From: an uncultured virus (IMG/VR IMGVR_UViG_3300024270_000037)
Taxonomy: Duplodnaviria > Heunggongvirae > Uroviricota > Caudoviricetes
DNA length: 64,000 nucleotides
Strand: one strand, 5' to 3'
IMG/VR virus record: IMGVR_UViG_3300024270_000037
The notes under the pieces: model-generated
Databases searched by the model: none
The model's input: only the letters and a program-made list of their open reading frames with translations
Told to the model about the DNA's origin: nothing
Position numbers and translations under genes: made by a program
Shown here: positions 45,939 through 56,011 of the stretch, piece after piece
Position numbering within the stretch: position 1 is the first letter of the stretch
How the letters are laid out: each line of letters opens with the position of its first letter

Positions 45939-45951
45939 ATAATATATATTT
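45939..45951 (-). promoter_or_regulatory. putative early promoter AAATATATATTAT
   Basis: Exact match between a terminator and the gene starting at 45894. Confidence 0.65.
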
Positions 45952-46004
45952 AAAAAATATAATAAAAAATAGAGAGTATAGGGATTTCCTATACTCTCTT
46001 ATAA

Positions 46005-47213
46005 TTATAAGTCAATTTCATTAAGATCAATCTTTTTAATATTAGCTGTACTATTATGGAATTTTTTCATATTAAGATTCAATAATGTACCAGCCAATTT
46101 GGTAGCAGTTAAACCTATATTCTCAATACCTAATTTATAATAAAGAATACCTGCACACTTACTACATAATTTATCACCTTTACAGAACATAGGTGATCTA
46201 AATTTTACTTTTTTATTAATATACTTATCAATATTATTACTATCTAATAAAATTAAATTACTACCAGATACAATATATCTATGTAAGAATTGAGATTTAT
46301 TAGAATCAGTAAGTAATACTTCAAGAGTTAATTTAGTACCACAATCAGATCCTTGTTTATCTAAAACAACACCTTGAAATGCTGCGGAAATCTGTTTGTT
46401 GTAGTAGCCTCCGGTTTGTGTTCCGACTGCTTTCGGATATGCTCCAGCGGGAATACTATTAGCTACAATAGGAATTTCTTCCTTTTTAATTCCTTCCATA
46501 AAGTTAGAAGAAACAAAGTCATATTTATCTGTAACAGGATTATATACAGGTCCTTTAATAACAGCTATATTTTTATAGTTATTATCAAAAGAACCACGAG
46601 CCCCTGAGTTATATAAATCCATTCCAGGATCACCTTTTAACTCTTCTCGTGCCATATCTAATAACTCTTTTTCAATATTAACTGCTACAGCAATATCACC
46701 TTTATCTAATGCTTCTTTATTTTCTTTTACAAGTTTTTCTTTGTGTTTCATAACCTTAGGAACAGGTTTTAAAGTTTTCATTGTAAAAGAACCAGAAAAA
46801 ACAGCATTAAATTCTTTAGATAACCATTGTAATTTATTTAAATATTTAACCATTTCTTCTACAGTAATGATATCATCTAATAAAGCCTGGCTAATTTTAG
46901 CTTCAATATTTTTCTGTATTTTAGCATTAACAGGAGTATTAATATAACCAACTACTTTACTAAATGATTCTTCAATAAGAAATTTATTAAATATAAATAA
47001 TCCTACATTAGTAGTGATAGTTTCTGTATTAAAATATTCACCTTTTTTTAAAGTAAATGTATCATATGTTTTAATTTTACTAGGAACTTGAACTAATTTA
47101 CCATTTACTTTTTTAGATGTATCTGCCAAATATTCAAAAACAAAATCTGAAGTAATATCATCAGGTTTCATTTTTAATAACATCTGTTTATATTCTTCTT
47201 TTAAAACTACCAT
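46005..47213 (-). CDS. phage RNA polymerase beta' middle subunit (bridge helix, Zn site, start of trigger loop); probably virion RNAP
   Basis: SGARGS, GGYYNKQI..DCGT, RSPMFC...CSKCAG, IGL.A......LNMKKFH correspond to RpoC SGARGS, SGYLTRRL..DCGT, RS...C..C..CYG, QLTMRTFH. Confidence 0.85.
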   Translation of the reverse strand: MVVLKEEYKQMLLKMKPDDITSDFVFEYLADTSKKVNGKLVQVPSKIKTYDTFTLKKGEYFNTETITTNVGLFIFNKFLIEESFSKVVGYINTPVNAKIQKNIEAKISQALLDDIITVEEMVKYLNKLQWLSKEFNAVFSGSFTMKTLKPVPKVMKHKEKLVKENKEALDKGDIAVAVNIEKELLDMAREELKGDPGMDLYNSGARGSFDNNYKNIAVIKGPVYNPVTDKYDFVSSNFMEGIKKEEIPIVANSIPAGAYPKAVGTQTGGYYNKQISAAFQGVVLDKQGSDCGTKLTLEVLLTDSNKSQFLHRYIVSGSNLILLDSNNIDKYINKKVKFRSPMFCKGDKLCSKCAGILYYKLGIENIGLTATKLAGTLLNLNMKKFHNSTANIKKIDLNEIDL

Positions 47214-47290
47214 ATAAAATCACTTCCTTATAAATGAAATAAGAGATACGAATTATATATCGTATCTCTTATTATAATTTTTATTATATA

Positions 47291-48163
47291 TTAAGAAGTA
47301 TAAATTCTATAAGAAATAGTAAGGTCTTTGGCTAAAACTAAGATCTCATTATTAATATTTAATTTAGAGAATAACTTGATTTGTTGGTAATCATCATCAC
47401 CTTCATTACGAACACCAGTAAATAAACCAATACTATTAATACGAGTAGCTTCAATGTTACCATTATCATCAAAGAATTCTCTAGCATCCTTCTTAGTAAT
47501 TTTTAAAGTCAACTCAATGAAAGTTTCAATAGGAGTGGTATTAGTAGAAGGGGTTTCATGAACATTATCACCGACTTCAGAACCATCCTCATCACCTTCA
47601 GCATCTCTCCAAAGAACATGAATTTCAGGAACAGTTTCAAATCTCTTTAAATAGTATGCAGTTTTATGAATCTGACCACCATCAATATTAATAGTGACAG
47701 GCTTCTTAAACCAGTACTTAGCAGTTTCCTCAGGAGTAAGTTCATTTTCGGTCTGACGGAAAGGAATCATGTCATAAATAGTATCTTCATAGTATTCTAC
47801 ATCCTTAACATCAGTAATACTTTCACCTGCACCACCAGTTCCTACACCAAATAAACACACATAAGTATCTTTATTATTAGTAACAGGAGTATCTTTAGAA
47901 GGTAAAGTCATCACATCTCTCAAATCTCTAATAGCAATAGGAGAATTAAGACCGAATACTTTTTCAAGAGTAAATAAAGAACCACCAAGAACAATCATAT
48001 TCTCAGTTTCAAAAACAGTTTCACCAAACTGAGTTACACCATTTTTATCTTTATAAGGATCATAACCTGCAACAATCTTAGTTCTAACAAACGGACTACG
48101 TTTATTAGAAAATGACACAGAATCTTTATTATTTAAATTATCTCTAAGATTTAATGTATTCAT
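47291..48163 (-). CDS. putative virion structural (baseplate-region) protein
   Basis: 290 aa; late motif at 48193-48204; NMIV..G and INSIGLF...LFSK...L.ISYRI pattern. Confidence 0.5.
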   Translation of the reverse strand: MNTLNLRDNLNNKDSVSFSNKRSPFVRTKIVAGYDPYKDKNGVTQFGETVFETENMIVLGGSLFTLEKVFGLNSPIAIRDLRDVMTLPSKDTPVTNNKDTYVCLFGVGTGGAGESITDVKDVEYYEDTIYDMIPFRQTENELTPEETAKYWFKKPVTINIDGGQIHKTAYYLKRFETVPEIHVLWRDAEGDEDGSEVGDNVHETPSTNTTPIETFIELTLKITKKDAREFFDDNGNIEATRINSIGLFTGVRNEGDDDYQQIKLFSKLNINNEILVLAKDLTISYRIYTS

Positions 48164-48221
48164 ATCATATTAATCCTTTCTAAGTAATTTCTTACATTAA
48201 TGTTTTCATAGATATAGATTA

Positions 48222-50726
48222 TTAACTTTCCCAAGTTAATACTATATCATCTCTCATTTTATATTTATCTTTATGCTTCAAACTAGTATGATTAATTAAT
48301 AGATCAGTATTATATTGATGATCTAAACTACCTCTATATTCAATATGTTTAGACATGTCATTAATTTTATCTTTCATAAATATATCTTTAGATTTATCAC
48401 GTAATAGCATACTCATATACGATTCATATATATCTTTTAATTTATATTTATCTTTATAATCACCTAAATGAACACCAATACTACAAATATCATCAGTATA
48501 TAGTTGGTCAAGTGATCCATCAATATCAATATTTGCTTTTATTAAATGAATATCTTCAACAAATTTTAATAAATTATAGTATTTGCTATCAAATAAATAT
48601 ATAACATTTAAACTATGAATATCAACAGTATAGGATTTAAAAAAGTTTATTAAAGATACTAATGCTGTAAATACAGGATTGTTATTATCATTAATAATGA
48701 ATAAATACTTCATAGATTCTATGACATCATTAATAACAGAAATTAAATGATTCATCATAGCAGGTATATTTTCTACTGTAGTATCTTTTAAAATCTGAGC
48801 TAATATCGGTGATTTATATTCTAGATATTCTGAATATGTTTTTGCAGGTGTTTCTTCAATAATACCAGTATTTTTATCATGATATGATATTTTGAACATA
48901 TCAGTTTGAGTTTCAGATACCATTGATATCGTAAATATTTTTTTATATAATCTATATTGATCAATATTATTAGTAGATCTCATTTTATCTATAATTAAAT
49001 TATTATATTCTCTAATTTTAATAAATAAATTATTAACATCATCAGCTTCATTGATTGTTAAATTATTAAAATAATTTAACAAATCTTGATCAATTATCTT
49101 TTTATTATCTAATATAATTGATTTTATTTCATCAATAGTATTTTGATCAAAATTAAATCCATAAATATGGGAAATTTTAGATGGAGTAGTAATTAATCCA
49201 TCTTTAAAACCATGTAGTTTACACATCAATGCGATCATAAAAATAACCACATCAAATAATTTAAAATCTGTATCTAAGTATATTTTAGGTAACGTGACCA
49301 TTATATTTTCTATTTCATCTTTTTTATCTATTATCATTCTAAATCCATATGTTAATTCAAATAACATTTCACTCATTTTATACATTAAATTTAAACTCAT
49401 ATATTTCGTTTCGACATAGTTATATATTTCATTATATTTCATTTCTGTTAAATTAGCATCTTCATACCAATATGGATCATCTATTATAGTTTCATTATAC
49501 GGTAAACTGTTTGATGTATCCTGGAGAGCTGCAGGTAAATTATCTGTATTAATATCAACTTTTTGAAAATATATGTCATACATGCGTTCTATATCTTCAA
49601 CCATAACTGGTTTACCATTATCATCAAATACAAAAAAACCATCTTCATCTTTTTTATATTTATAAAAAAAGATAGGTTCTTCATTCTCATTCAATTTATG
49701 TTTTTTAACTAAATAATATTTAAATATTTTAATTCGTTCATATCCTAATAATGATGCAATATCAAATAAAACTTTGTCTGTGGATTTATAACGTAATAAA
49801 TGATTAAGATTTTTAATAATTATAATATGATATTCAATGGGTAGAGTATTGATGAAAGGTACATTATAAGTCTTATATAAATTTTGTATGAATGACCAAT
49901 CATAAAATTCTCTTTCAATACCAAATTTAAATATACTAGAAACTATTCTTTGAATAGTCATAAACATGATACATAAACCAATAAAATTATCATATAATTT
50001 ATAACTATTACTATAACTTTGAATATAAATAACTGTCATAAAATATTGACGAGATTCTTCATATATCTGTAAAAATTTATTATAAAAATAATCAGGAATA
50101 GATTCATTATTAATTTTTAATATACCAAAATTATTAGTAATTCTAGCAGTTACAATATCAATTTTATTCTTACCTAAATAATTTAAATATTTATATTGAG
50201 GATATTGAGATATTATTTCATTTAATACTCCAGATTCTTCAACTTTATAAATTTCATCATTAGAGAATGTATGGATATAATCATAATTTATAATACCTGA
50301 GCGAGATAATTGATCATCAGTTAATCTGATGAATTCACTCTCATCAGTTTTAATATTTGGTAAACCATGTAACATTCTGTAATAGTCATTTATTTCTACA
50401 TAATCCCTAATAATATATTCTCGTTGTTTATTTAATACTTTATCTTTGTATTGCTCTGGGATAAGATGAGGATTATTTGCATATTGAAATTGTAATTCTT
50501 CATCAATTAACAATTGTCCAGTTTCACTAGTAAAAGCTTCTCCAACAGCATCAATATCAAATGTACTATATAAATCAAATCTATCAGTTTTCTGCACTGC
50601 TGAAATATATCTATCAGAATCACTAATAGATTCTAATGTCTCATACTGTTTTGCAACACTATCTATCTTAATAGTGCTATTATTCACAAGAGTTTTTATA
50701 TCTTTTACAATAGTATTCATTATCAT
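48222..50726 (-). CDS. large hypothetical protein, probably virion structural
   Basis: 834-aa ORF adjacent to putative structural and vRNAP genes. Confidence 0.55.
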   Translation of the reverse strand: MIMNTIVKDIKTLVNNSTIKIDSVAKQYETLESISDSDRYISAVQKTDRFDLYSTFDIDAVGEAFTSETGQLLIDEELQFQYANNPHLIPEQYKDKVLNKQREYIIRDYVEINDYYRMLHGLPNIKTDESEFIRLTDDQLSRSGIINYDYIHTFSNDEIYKVEESGVLNEIISQYPQYKYLNYLGKNKIDIVTARITNNFGILKINNESIPDYFYNKFLQIYEESRQYFMTVIYIQSYSNSYKLYDNFIGLCIMFMTIQRIVSSIFKFGIEREFYDWSFIQNLYKTYNVPFINTLPIEYHIIIIKNLNHLLRYKSTDKVLFDIASLLGYERIKIFKYYLVKKHKLNENEEPIFFYKYKKDEDGFFVFDDNGKPVMVEDIERMYDIYFQKVDINTDNLPAALQDTSNSLPYNETIIDDPYWYEDANLTEMKYNEIYNYVETKYMSLNLMYKMSEMLFELTYGFRMIIDKKDEIENIMVTLPKIYLDTDFKLFDVVIFMIALMCKLHGFKDGLITTPSKISHIYGFNFDQNTIDEIKSIILDNKKIIDQDLLNYFNNLTINEADDVNNLFIKIREYNNLIIDKMRSTNNIDQYRLYKKIFTISMVSETQTDMFKISYHDKNTGIIEETPAKTYSEYLEYKSPILAQILKDTTVENIPAMMNHLISVINDVIESMKYLFIINDNNNPVFTALVSLINFFKSYTVDIHSLNVIYLFDSKYYNLLKFVEDIHLIKANIDIDGSLDQLYTDDICSIGVHLGDYKDKYKLKDIYESYMSMLLRDKSKDIFMKDKINDMSKHIEYRGSLDHQYNTDLLINHTSLKHKDKYKMRDDIVLTWES

Positions 50727-50835
50727 AATTCTCTAGCACCTACCTCTTATGAGTGATTTTTCTACTGTAAAACAATAATTTAATATATTAATAATATGTA
50801 TTTTACAAAAAAAGTTAAAATACTACGGATGAGGT

Positions 50836-51489
50836 GTGATACATATGATGAATTTACCTAATATTGACTACAAAAAGGTCAATACATATCCTACAATAGA
50901 TAGTGATACTAGCCTCTATACTTTACCTTTTTATAAAGATACAGATTATTTTGCAAATTTAGATAATTTTGTAGGTTATGTAAAAGCAGTAGAGAGTTTA
51001 GTTCGTACATCTAAATATTACTCTAGATATATAGCATATATTAAAAATGATATTGGATTAAATTTCTGCCAAGTATTATCTAATATTAAACAAGACGATG
51101 AAGAATCTAAAGTTGAAATTGAAATGCATCATGGACCTATATTAACTTTATTTGATTATATTACAATATTAATTGACTGGTCATTATATAATAATAAAAA
51201 AATTACAACTTTTAGTTTAGCTAACAGAATGTTAGAAGAGCATTTTAATAATAATGTACAAATTGTCATGTTATCTAAAACTGTACATGAAGAAGTACAT
51301 GATAATAATATCTTTTTAAATACCAAACACGCGTTTGGTGATTTAAATAGATTCTTATCTAAATATAGAGATGGTATCTCTAATGAACAAATTGAAAAAA
51401 TTAATAATTATATTAAAACATGTGAGAAATACGATAGTTTCGATAAAGGAACTCTTACATTAAGAGAAAATATTAAAAAATGGAGTTGA
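50836..51489 (+). CDS. HNH-like fold protein (paralog of 58210-58869)
   Basis: VRTSKYY..YI...C...IEMHHGP..LF...HF.N.V..V.LSKTVHEEVH; late motif at 50771-50782. Confidence 0.5.
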   Translation: MIHMMNLPNIDYKKVNTYPTIDSDTSLYTLPFYKDTDYFANLDNFVGYVKAVESLVRTSKYYSRYIAYIKNDIGLNFCQVLSNIKQDDEESKVEIEMHHGPILTLFDYITILIDWSLYNNKKITTFSLANRMLEEHFNNNVQIVMLSKTVHEEVHDNNIFLNTKHAFGDLNRFLSKYRDGISNEQIEKINNYIKTCEKYDSFDKGTLTLRENIKKWS

Positions 51490-51493
51490 CATA

Positions 51494-51946
51494 ATGGATA
51501 GTTTAATTTTAATTTGTGTAATGGTATCGTGTGTTTTATTTATTTTAGGATTTTTTTTATATGTATATAATTATACTAAAAATACATATAAAAATAAAAT
51601 TTCTAGTTTAGAAAATGATCTAAGTATGACTAGAACAAAATTACATAATGTTAATACTATTTCTTTATCATTTAAAGAATGTAATGAAATAGTCGATTAT
51701 ATTACTAATGATATATGGAAAAATAAATATTTCATTAATTATAGATTACGTGATTTAACCATGATCCCTAATATGGATGATGAAATAACTTTATTCGTAA
51801 AGGAAGTCATTAATTCTATATCTAATAATGTAATGACAGAATGTTTAAAATACTATTCACATGACTATTTAATAAAAAAAATAACAAGAACTGGTCAATC
51901 ATTATTTATTGACTATACTAATAGTTATAAACCCAATACGAAGTAA
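51494..51946 (+). CDS. membrane-anchored hypothetical protein
   Basis: N-terminal transmembrane helix followed by a coiled coil. Confidence 0.6.
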   Translation: MDSLILICVMVSCVLFILGFFLYVYNYTKNTYKNKISSLENDLSMTRTKLHNVNTISLSFKECNEIVDYITNDIWKNKYFINYRLRDLTMIPNMDDEITLFVKEVINSISNNVMTECLKYYSHDYLIKKITRTGQSLFIDYTNSYKPNTK

Positions 51947-52157
51947 TTCGTATTGGGTTATATTTTTTATACTTCTTTAACATCTCTAATATTGATCATA
52001 TCACCAATATCAGGATATTTCTTTTTAATTTTTTCTTTTGCAAACTGAACTGCTTTTCTCTGAGTATTTGCTTTCACAATTACAGTTTCTTCACGGTTAG
52101 CACTCCAATAAATTTCGGCTGTTACTTTCCATCTTTTAATCATTTTTAAATTCCTCA

Positions 52158-52913
52158 TTATAATAAAATATTAATTATAGGAATAATGTATTTCATATAA
52201 TTATAAGAAATATCAATATTCTCTAATGAATTTACATGTTGCAATCCTATATAATCGTGTATAAATGATCTATTTAATTTATATAAAGAATCTTTATTTA
52301 ATTCTCTATAATATCCTATATGTAATCGTTTATCTTTATAATAAGAAATAAATTCTCGTATATTATCAATAATATATTTCTTATTCGGATTAGTTTCAAA
52401 TAACCTAAATATTTTATGTAGAAAATCTAACATATAGTCTTTATGTAATTCTAATTTATCATCAGATATACCCTTAACATGTATAATTGTGGGATTAATA
52501 TAAAATTCAAATTTATTTATATAAAAATAAGATGAATAATTATTTTTATCAGAAAATATTATATTATCAAATTCTGTATTATAACATTTTCTAAGGGTTA
52601 TTATAGCGTCTTTCTTTATTGATAATACATCTTCATCTTTCAAATCATTTGCTTCAAAAAATTCTTTTCTTACTTCCACAAATTTGGAATTTAAAATTTC
52701 TTTAAATTCTTGATCATGTTGTTGATATAAGCCCAATGTGATTTGTCTACGTTTCTTATCTAAAGATTCTAAATGATTTATTTTCTTATCATCTAGCAAA
52801 TGGTATTTTTTACAAATATTAAAACCAGCACTTTTAATATCATACTCTGTAATTTCCTGATTGATTAAATATTCAATATCTTTATTAAGATAATTATGCT
52901 TTTCATATAACAT
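52158..52913 (-). CDS. possible divergent family B DNA polymerase palm-like protein
   Basis: EYDIKSAG (motif A-like), SIKKDAI (motif C-like), VKGI; GGAGG RBS; early motif at 52937-52949. Confidence 0.4.
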   Translation of the reverse strand: MLYEKHNYLNKDIEYLINQEITEYDIKSAGFNICKKYHLLDDKKINHLESLDKKRRQITLGLYQQHDQEFKEILNSKFVEVRKEFFEANDLKDEDVLSIKKDAIITLRKCYNTEFDNIIFSDKNNYSSYFYINKFEFYINPTIIHVKGISDDKLELHKDYMLDFLHKIFRLFETNPNKKYIIDNIREFISYYKDKRLHIGYYRELNKDSLYKLNRSFIHDYIGLQHVNSLENIDISYNYMKYIIPIINILL

Positions 52914-52953
52914 ATTATCACCTCCTAATTAAAGTAATAATATATATTTAAAA

Positions 52954-52987
52954 AAATACAGATTATCTATATAGATAATCTGTATTT
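52954..52987 (-). terminator. terminator closing the repeat-array transcript
   Basis: Perfect 34-bp palindrome AAATACAGATTATCTAT/ATAGATAATCTGTATTT with a U-tract on the minus strand. Confidence 0.7.
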
Positions 52988-52999
52988 CATTTTAATATC

Positions 53000-53738
53000 T
53001 GATTCAATAACAATACCTGATTCATTTCTCAAGTATGATGATATTTATTGCATCCTGATTTATTCATAACAACTGATACTATGATAATAACTGATTCATT
53101 AGCATTTATTGATACTATTTGTTATGGTATGATTCATTGATCATATCAAGATACTTTTACCCACACGATTCACTAGACTTGAATGATACATATTGTCAGT
53201 CACTCTGGCTCATTGATACCTATATGATACTTTTTTATAACATGATTCATTAATCTATTCTGATACTTTTTTATTGTCATATGATTCATGTTCAGATCAT
53301 TGATACTATTATATGTAATGATTCATTAGAACCTGATGATACTATTATGTGTTCATGTTTCATTCACATGTTCCTTGATACTTTATTCATAGTCGATTCA
53401 TTCCCATTCAATGTTTCTATAAATTCAAGATGATTCATTAGGCTCAAATGTTACAAATTTCAGTCACCCTGATTCATTGTATTCATCGGATACTATCTGC
53501 TAATTACGATTCATTTAACTATCCTGATACCTTTATAATGACAAATGATTCATTAGACTCAAATGATACTATAATCCACCCTGATTCATTTCAATAAAAT
53601 GACACAATGATCTTCAATGATTCATTTAAATATAATGATGCGATCCTTGTCAATGATTCATTATCCCCGTATGATACTATTTATCTGCATCCTTGATTCA
53701 TGTGATTCCATTGATATTATTATACTTTTTGATTAATA
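53000..53738 (-). repeat. TIGR-like dual-repeat guide array, about 19-20 units of 36-40 nt
   Basis: Alternating 9-nt repeats TGATTCATT and TGATACTAT (plus strand) separated by unique, mostly 9-nt spacers; no ORF; hairpins on both flanks; strand inferred from terminator polarity. Confidence 0.88.
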
Positions 53739-53779
53739 AATATAAGGTACTAGGCAAATAAGTCTAGTACCTTATATAT

Positions 53780-54454
53780 TTAAACTCTAATACGTCCTTC
53801 AGCAATCATTAAACTAACAAGTTTCTTAAGATCTTTCTTAGAATCTTTAGGATTGTGCTTAATGCCGTGTTCTCTAAGCATCTTAGTCATTTGTTTTTTA
53901 CCAAGAGGCTTAACAAATGCACGAATTTCTTTTTTATGAGGAATTTTATAAGGATCAATATCTTGGATTTCACCAATTTTCTTTTCAAGAACCTTAGCTA
54001 CTTTCTTTTTTACCTTATCATTAATAGTTTCACATGCTTCAGGATCTTTTCTATATTTCTTATAACTATAAGTTTTAACCCCATAGATATTTTCAATATA
54101 CTGACAAATAATATCAATATATTTAAATTCATCTTCAGCTTTAGAGCAGATCAAGACGACATTGGCGTTATCTATAATTGCAAGTTTAACGGCAACTGTA
54201 ATCATTGCTTCGACTCTAGGAGTCTGGATATAATCTAAATAATTTTTAATATATTTCTCGGAATATCCCACCTGAATAAAATCAGAAATAATATTAGGTG
54301 GGGGAATTAAAGATGGAATAGCATATACATTTTTATACTGATTCGTAGTCTTAATATCTTCAGAAATTAATAGAAAATTAAATTTCTTATAATCATGCTT
54401 CTTAATAAATTTATCGAGAAATTCATCAGATCTCATTCTAATAATACAAGCCAT
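53780..54454 (-). CDS. hypothetical protein with C-terminal HeH/LEM-like basic motif
   Basis: 224 aa; ends LGKKQMTKMLREHGI...SKKDLKKLV. Confidence 0.55.
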   Translation of the reverse strand: MACIIRMRSDEFLDKFIKKHDYKKFNFLLISEDIKTTNQYKNVYAIPSLIPPPNIISDFIQVGYSEKYIKNYLDYIQTPRVEAMITVAVKLAIIDNANVVLICSKAEDEFKYIDIICQYIENIYGVKTYSYKKYRKDPEACETINDKVKKKVAKVLEKKIGEIQDIDPYKIPHKKEIRAFVKPLGKKQMTKMLREHGIKHNPKDSKKDLKKLVSLMIAEGRIRV

Positions 54455-54490
54455 TAATAAAACACTTCCTTTAATAAGTTTAATATTATA

Positions 54491-56011
54491 TTAATTAAAA
54501 TCTCTCTTCTTCTTAGGAATCTTATGGAAACCATTATGCTGACCAAACATATCATCATATTCTTCATACTTCTCATTAAGATCAGCAACAAGCATTTCAC
54601 GCATCTTATCTACATTATCAGGAGTAGTAAGAATTACAGTATCATTAGATTCAATGGTTACAGTATCATTAGAAGCAGTTTCAATCTTAGTTACAGTAGT
54701 CATTGACGTAACGTCGAGACCTTCAAGAATATTAGCAGTAGTCATATTACCATTTTCAGGTTCAACTACATCCATTATAGAATTTGAATGATATTCAGAA
54801 GATAACTCTTCAATAGCATCTTCGTATGCTTCTTCTACTTCAACTGTTTCAGAAATAGTTTCATTATCAGCATCAATTAGCTCTTCATTTTCAAATTCAT
54901 TAATTGCTTCTTCAAATACATCATTAATGATATTAATAATATTCTCATCCGATTCTTCTTCAGATTCAACTTCATTAATAACAATTTCATCAGAAGCATT
55001 TACAATAGCATCAGCTGCTTCATCAACAGCTTCATTATCATCAACGATAACATCATGAGATTCAGTATCTTTCTCCTCAACTACAGGAGTACCTTTTCTC
55101 ATAAATTCAATAGCATCCTCATAGAGGGCTTCTTCATTAATATTATTTTCTTCTAAATATTCATATTTATGTTTACTCATAATATTGTCTCCTTCATTAT
55201 TTTCTTTCACAATAGTTGTGTCAATATTCTTATTAATTTTTTGTGAAGGTTGTGTAACCTTATATGCAATATTTTTAATCATTTCTCTTTCTTTTTCTTC
55301 ATACTCTTGACTGATTCGTCTTCTAATTTCATGGAAAGTATATTCTTTTCGACATTTAGGGCAAATTAACTTATGGAAATTGATATCATAATCAAGAGGA
55401 TACTGACAAAATGTATCATCTGGATTAATACCACCACAAAGTAATTCATCACCAATCACTCTATAAATATAAGCATAATCAAGAATAACAAGAGATCCAT
55501 CTTCTCGATATCCCCAATTCATAAAGTTTTTAGTTACACTTCCAACATCACCAAGAAGATAACTTTCAGCAAGATGAGAAAGAATTTGACGCACTTCCTC
55601 TTTACTATTGTTAAATTCTTCTTTGGATATTACCGTCACATATTCTTGTACAGCAATCAATCCATTACCACTACATTCATAACATTTAGTTACAAATGGT
55701 TGTAACTGTTGAGATAATGATAATTCAGAAAAATTATCATTCATACCAGCTTTATCAAATGCAATCTTAAATACATAACCATCAATAAGAAAGGCTCCAC
55801 GGTTTGTGCCTGGACCTAATTCCTGATATGGGATATTATGTTCTTCAAGAGCTGCAATATACAAATTCATTTTTGTATTATTATCTGGAATCAATACATC
55901 TAATGCAATAGAGTTTAATCTAACTAATAGATCTTCATTCATAAATTGTAAGATTCTACTTCTAACTTCACTCATGTTAATATCACACTTTCTAATTTTA
56001 TTTAAAAACAT
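54491..56011 (-). CDS. protein kinase-like domain, zinc ribbon and long acidic tail
   Basis: LGPGTNR (Gly loop), VFKIA (Lys), E, GDV...NWG, VILDY; CPKC; Glu/Asp-rich C-terminal half. Confidence 0.55.
   Translation of the reverse strand: MFLNKIRKCDINMSEVRSRILQFMNEDLLVRLNSIALDVLIPDNNTKMNLYIAALEEHNIPYQELGPGTNRGAFLIDGYVFKIAFDKAGMNDNFSELSLSQQLQPFVTKCYECSGNGLIAVQEYVTVISKEEFNNSKEEVRQILSHLAESYLLGDVGSVTKNFMNWGYREDGSLVILDYAYIYRVIGDELLCGGINPDDTFCQYPLDYDINFHKLICPKCRKEYTFHEIRRRISQEYEEKEREMIKNIAYKVTQPSQKINKNIDTTIVKENNEGDNIMSKHKYEYLEENNINEEALYEDAIEFMRKGTPVVEEKDTESHDVIVDDNEAVDEAADAIVNASDEIVINEVESEEESDENIINIINDVFEEAINEFENEELIDADNETISETVEVEEAYEDAIEELSSEYHSNSIMDVVEPENGNMTTANILEGLDVTSMTTVTKIETASNDTVTIESNDTVILTTPDNVDKMREMLVADLNEKYEEYDDMFGQHNGFHKIPKKKRDFN

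Noticed and set aside
53000..53738. CRISPR array, coding repeat or iteron origin
   Set aside because: Repeats are 9 nt and of two alternating kinds with 9-nt spacers, unlike CRISPR repeat/spacer sizes; no cas genes in the window; variable unit length and stop codons exclude coding. An origin is not formally excluded but would not explain the dual 36-nt architecture.
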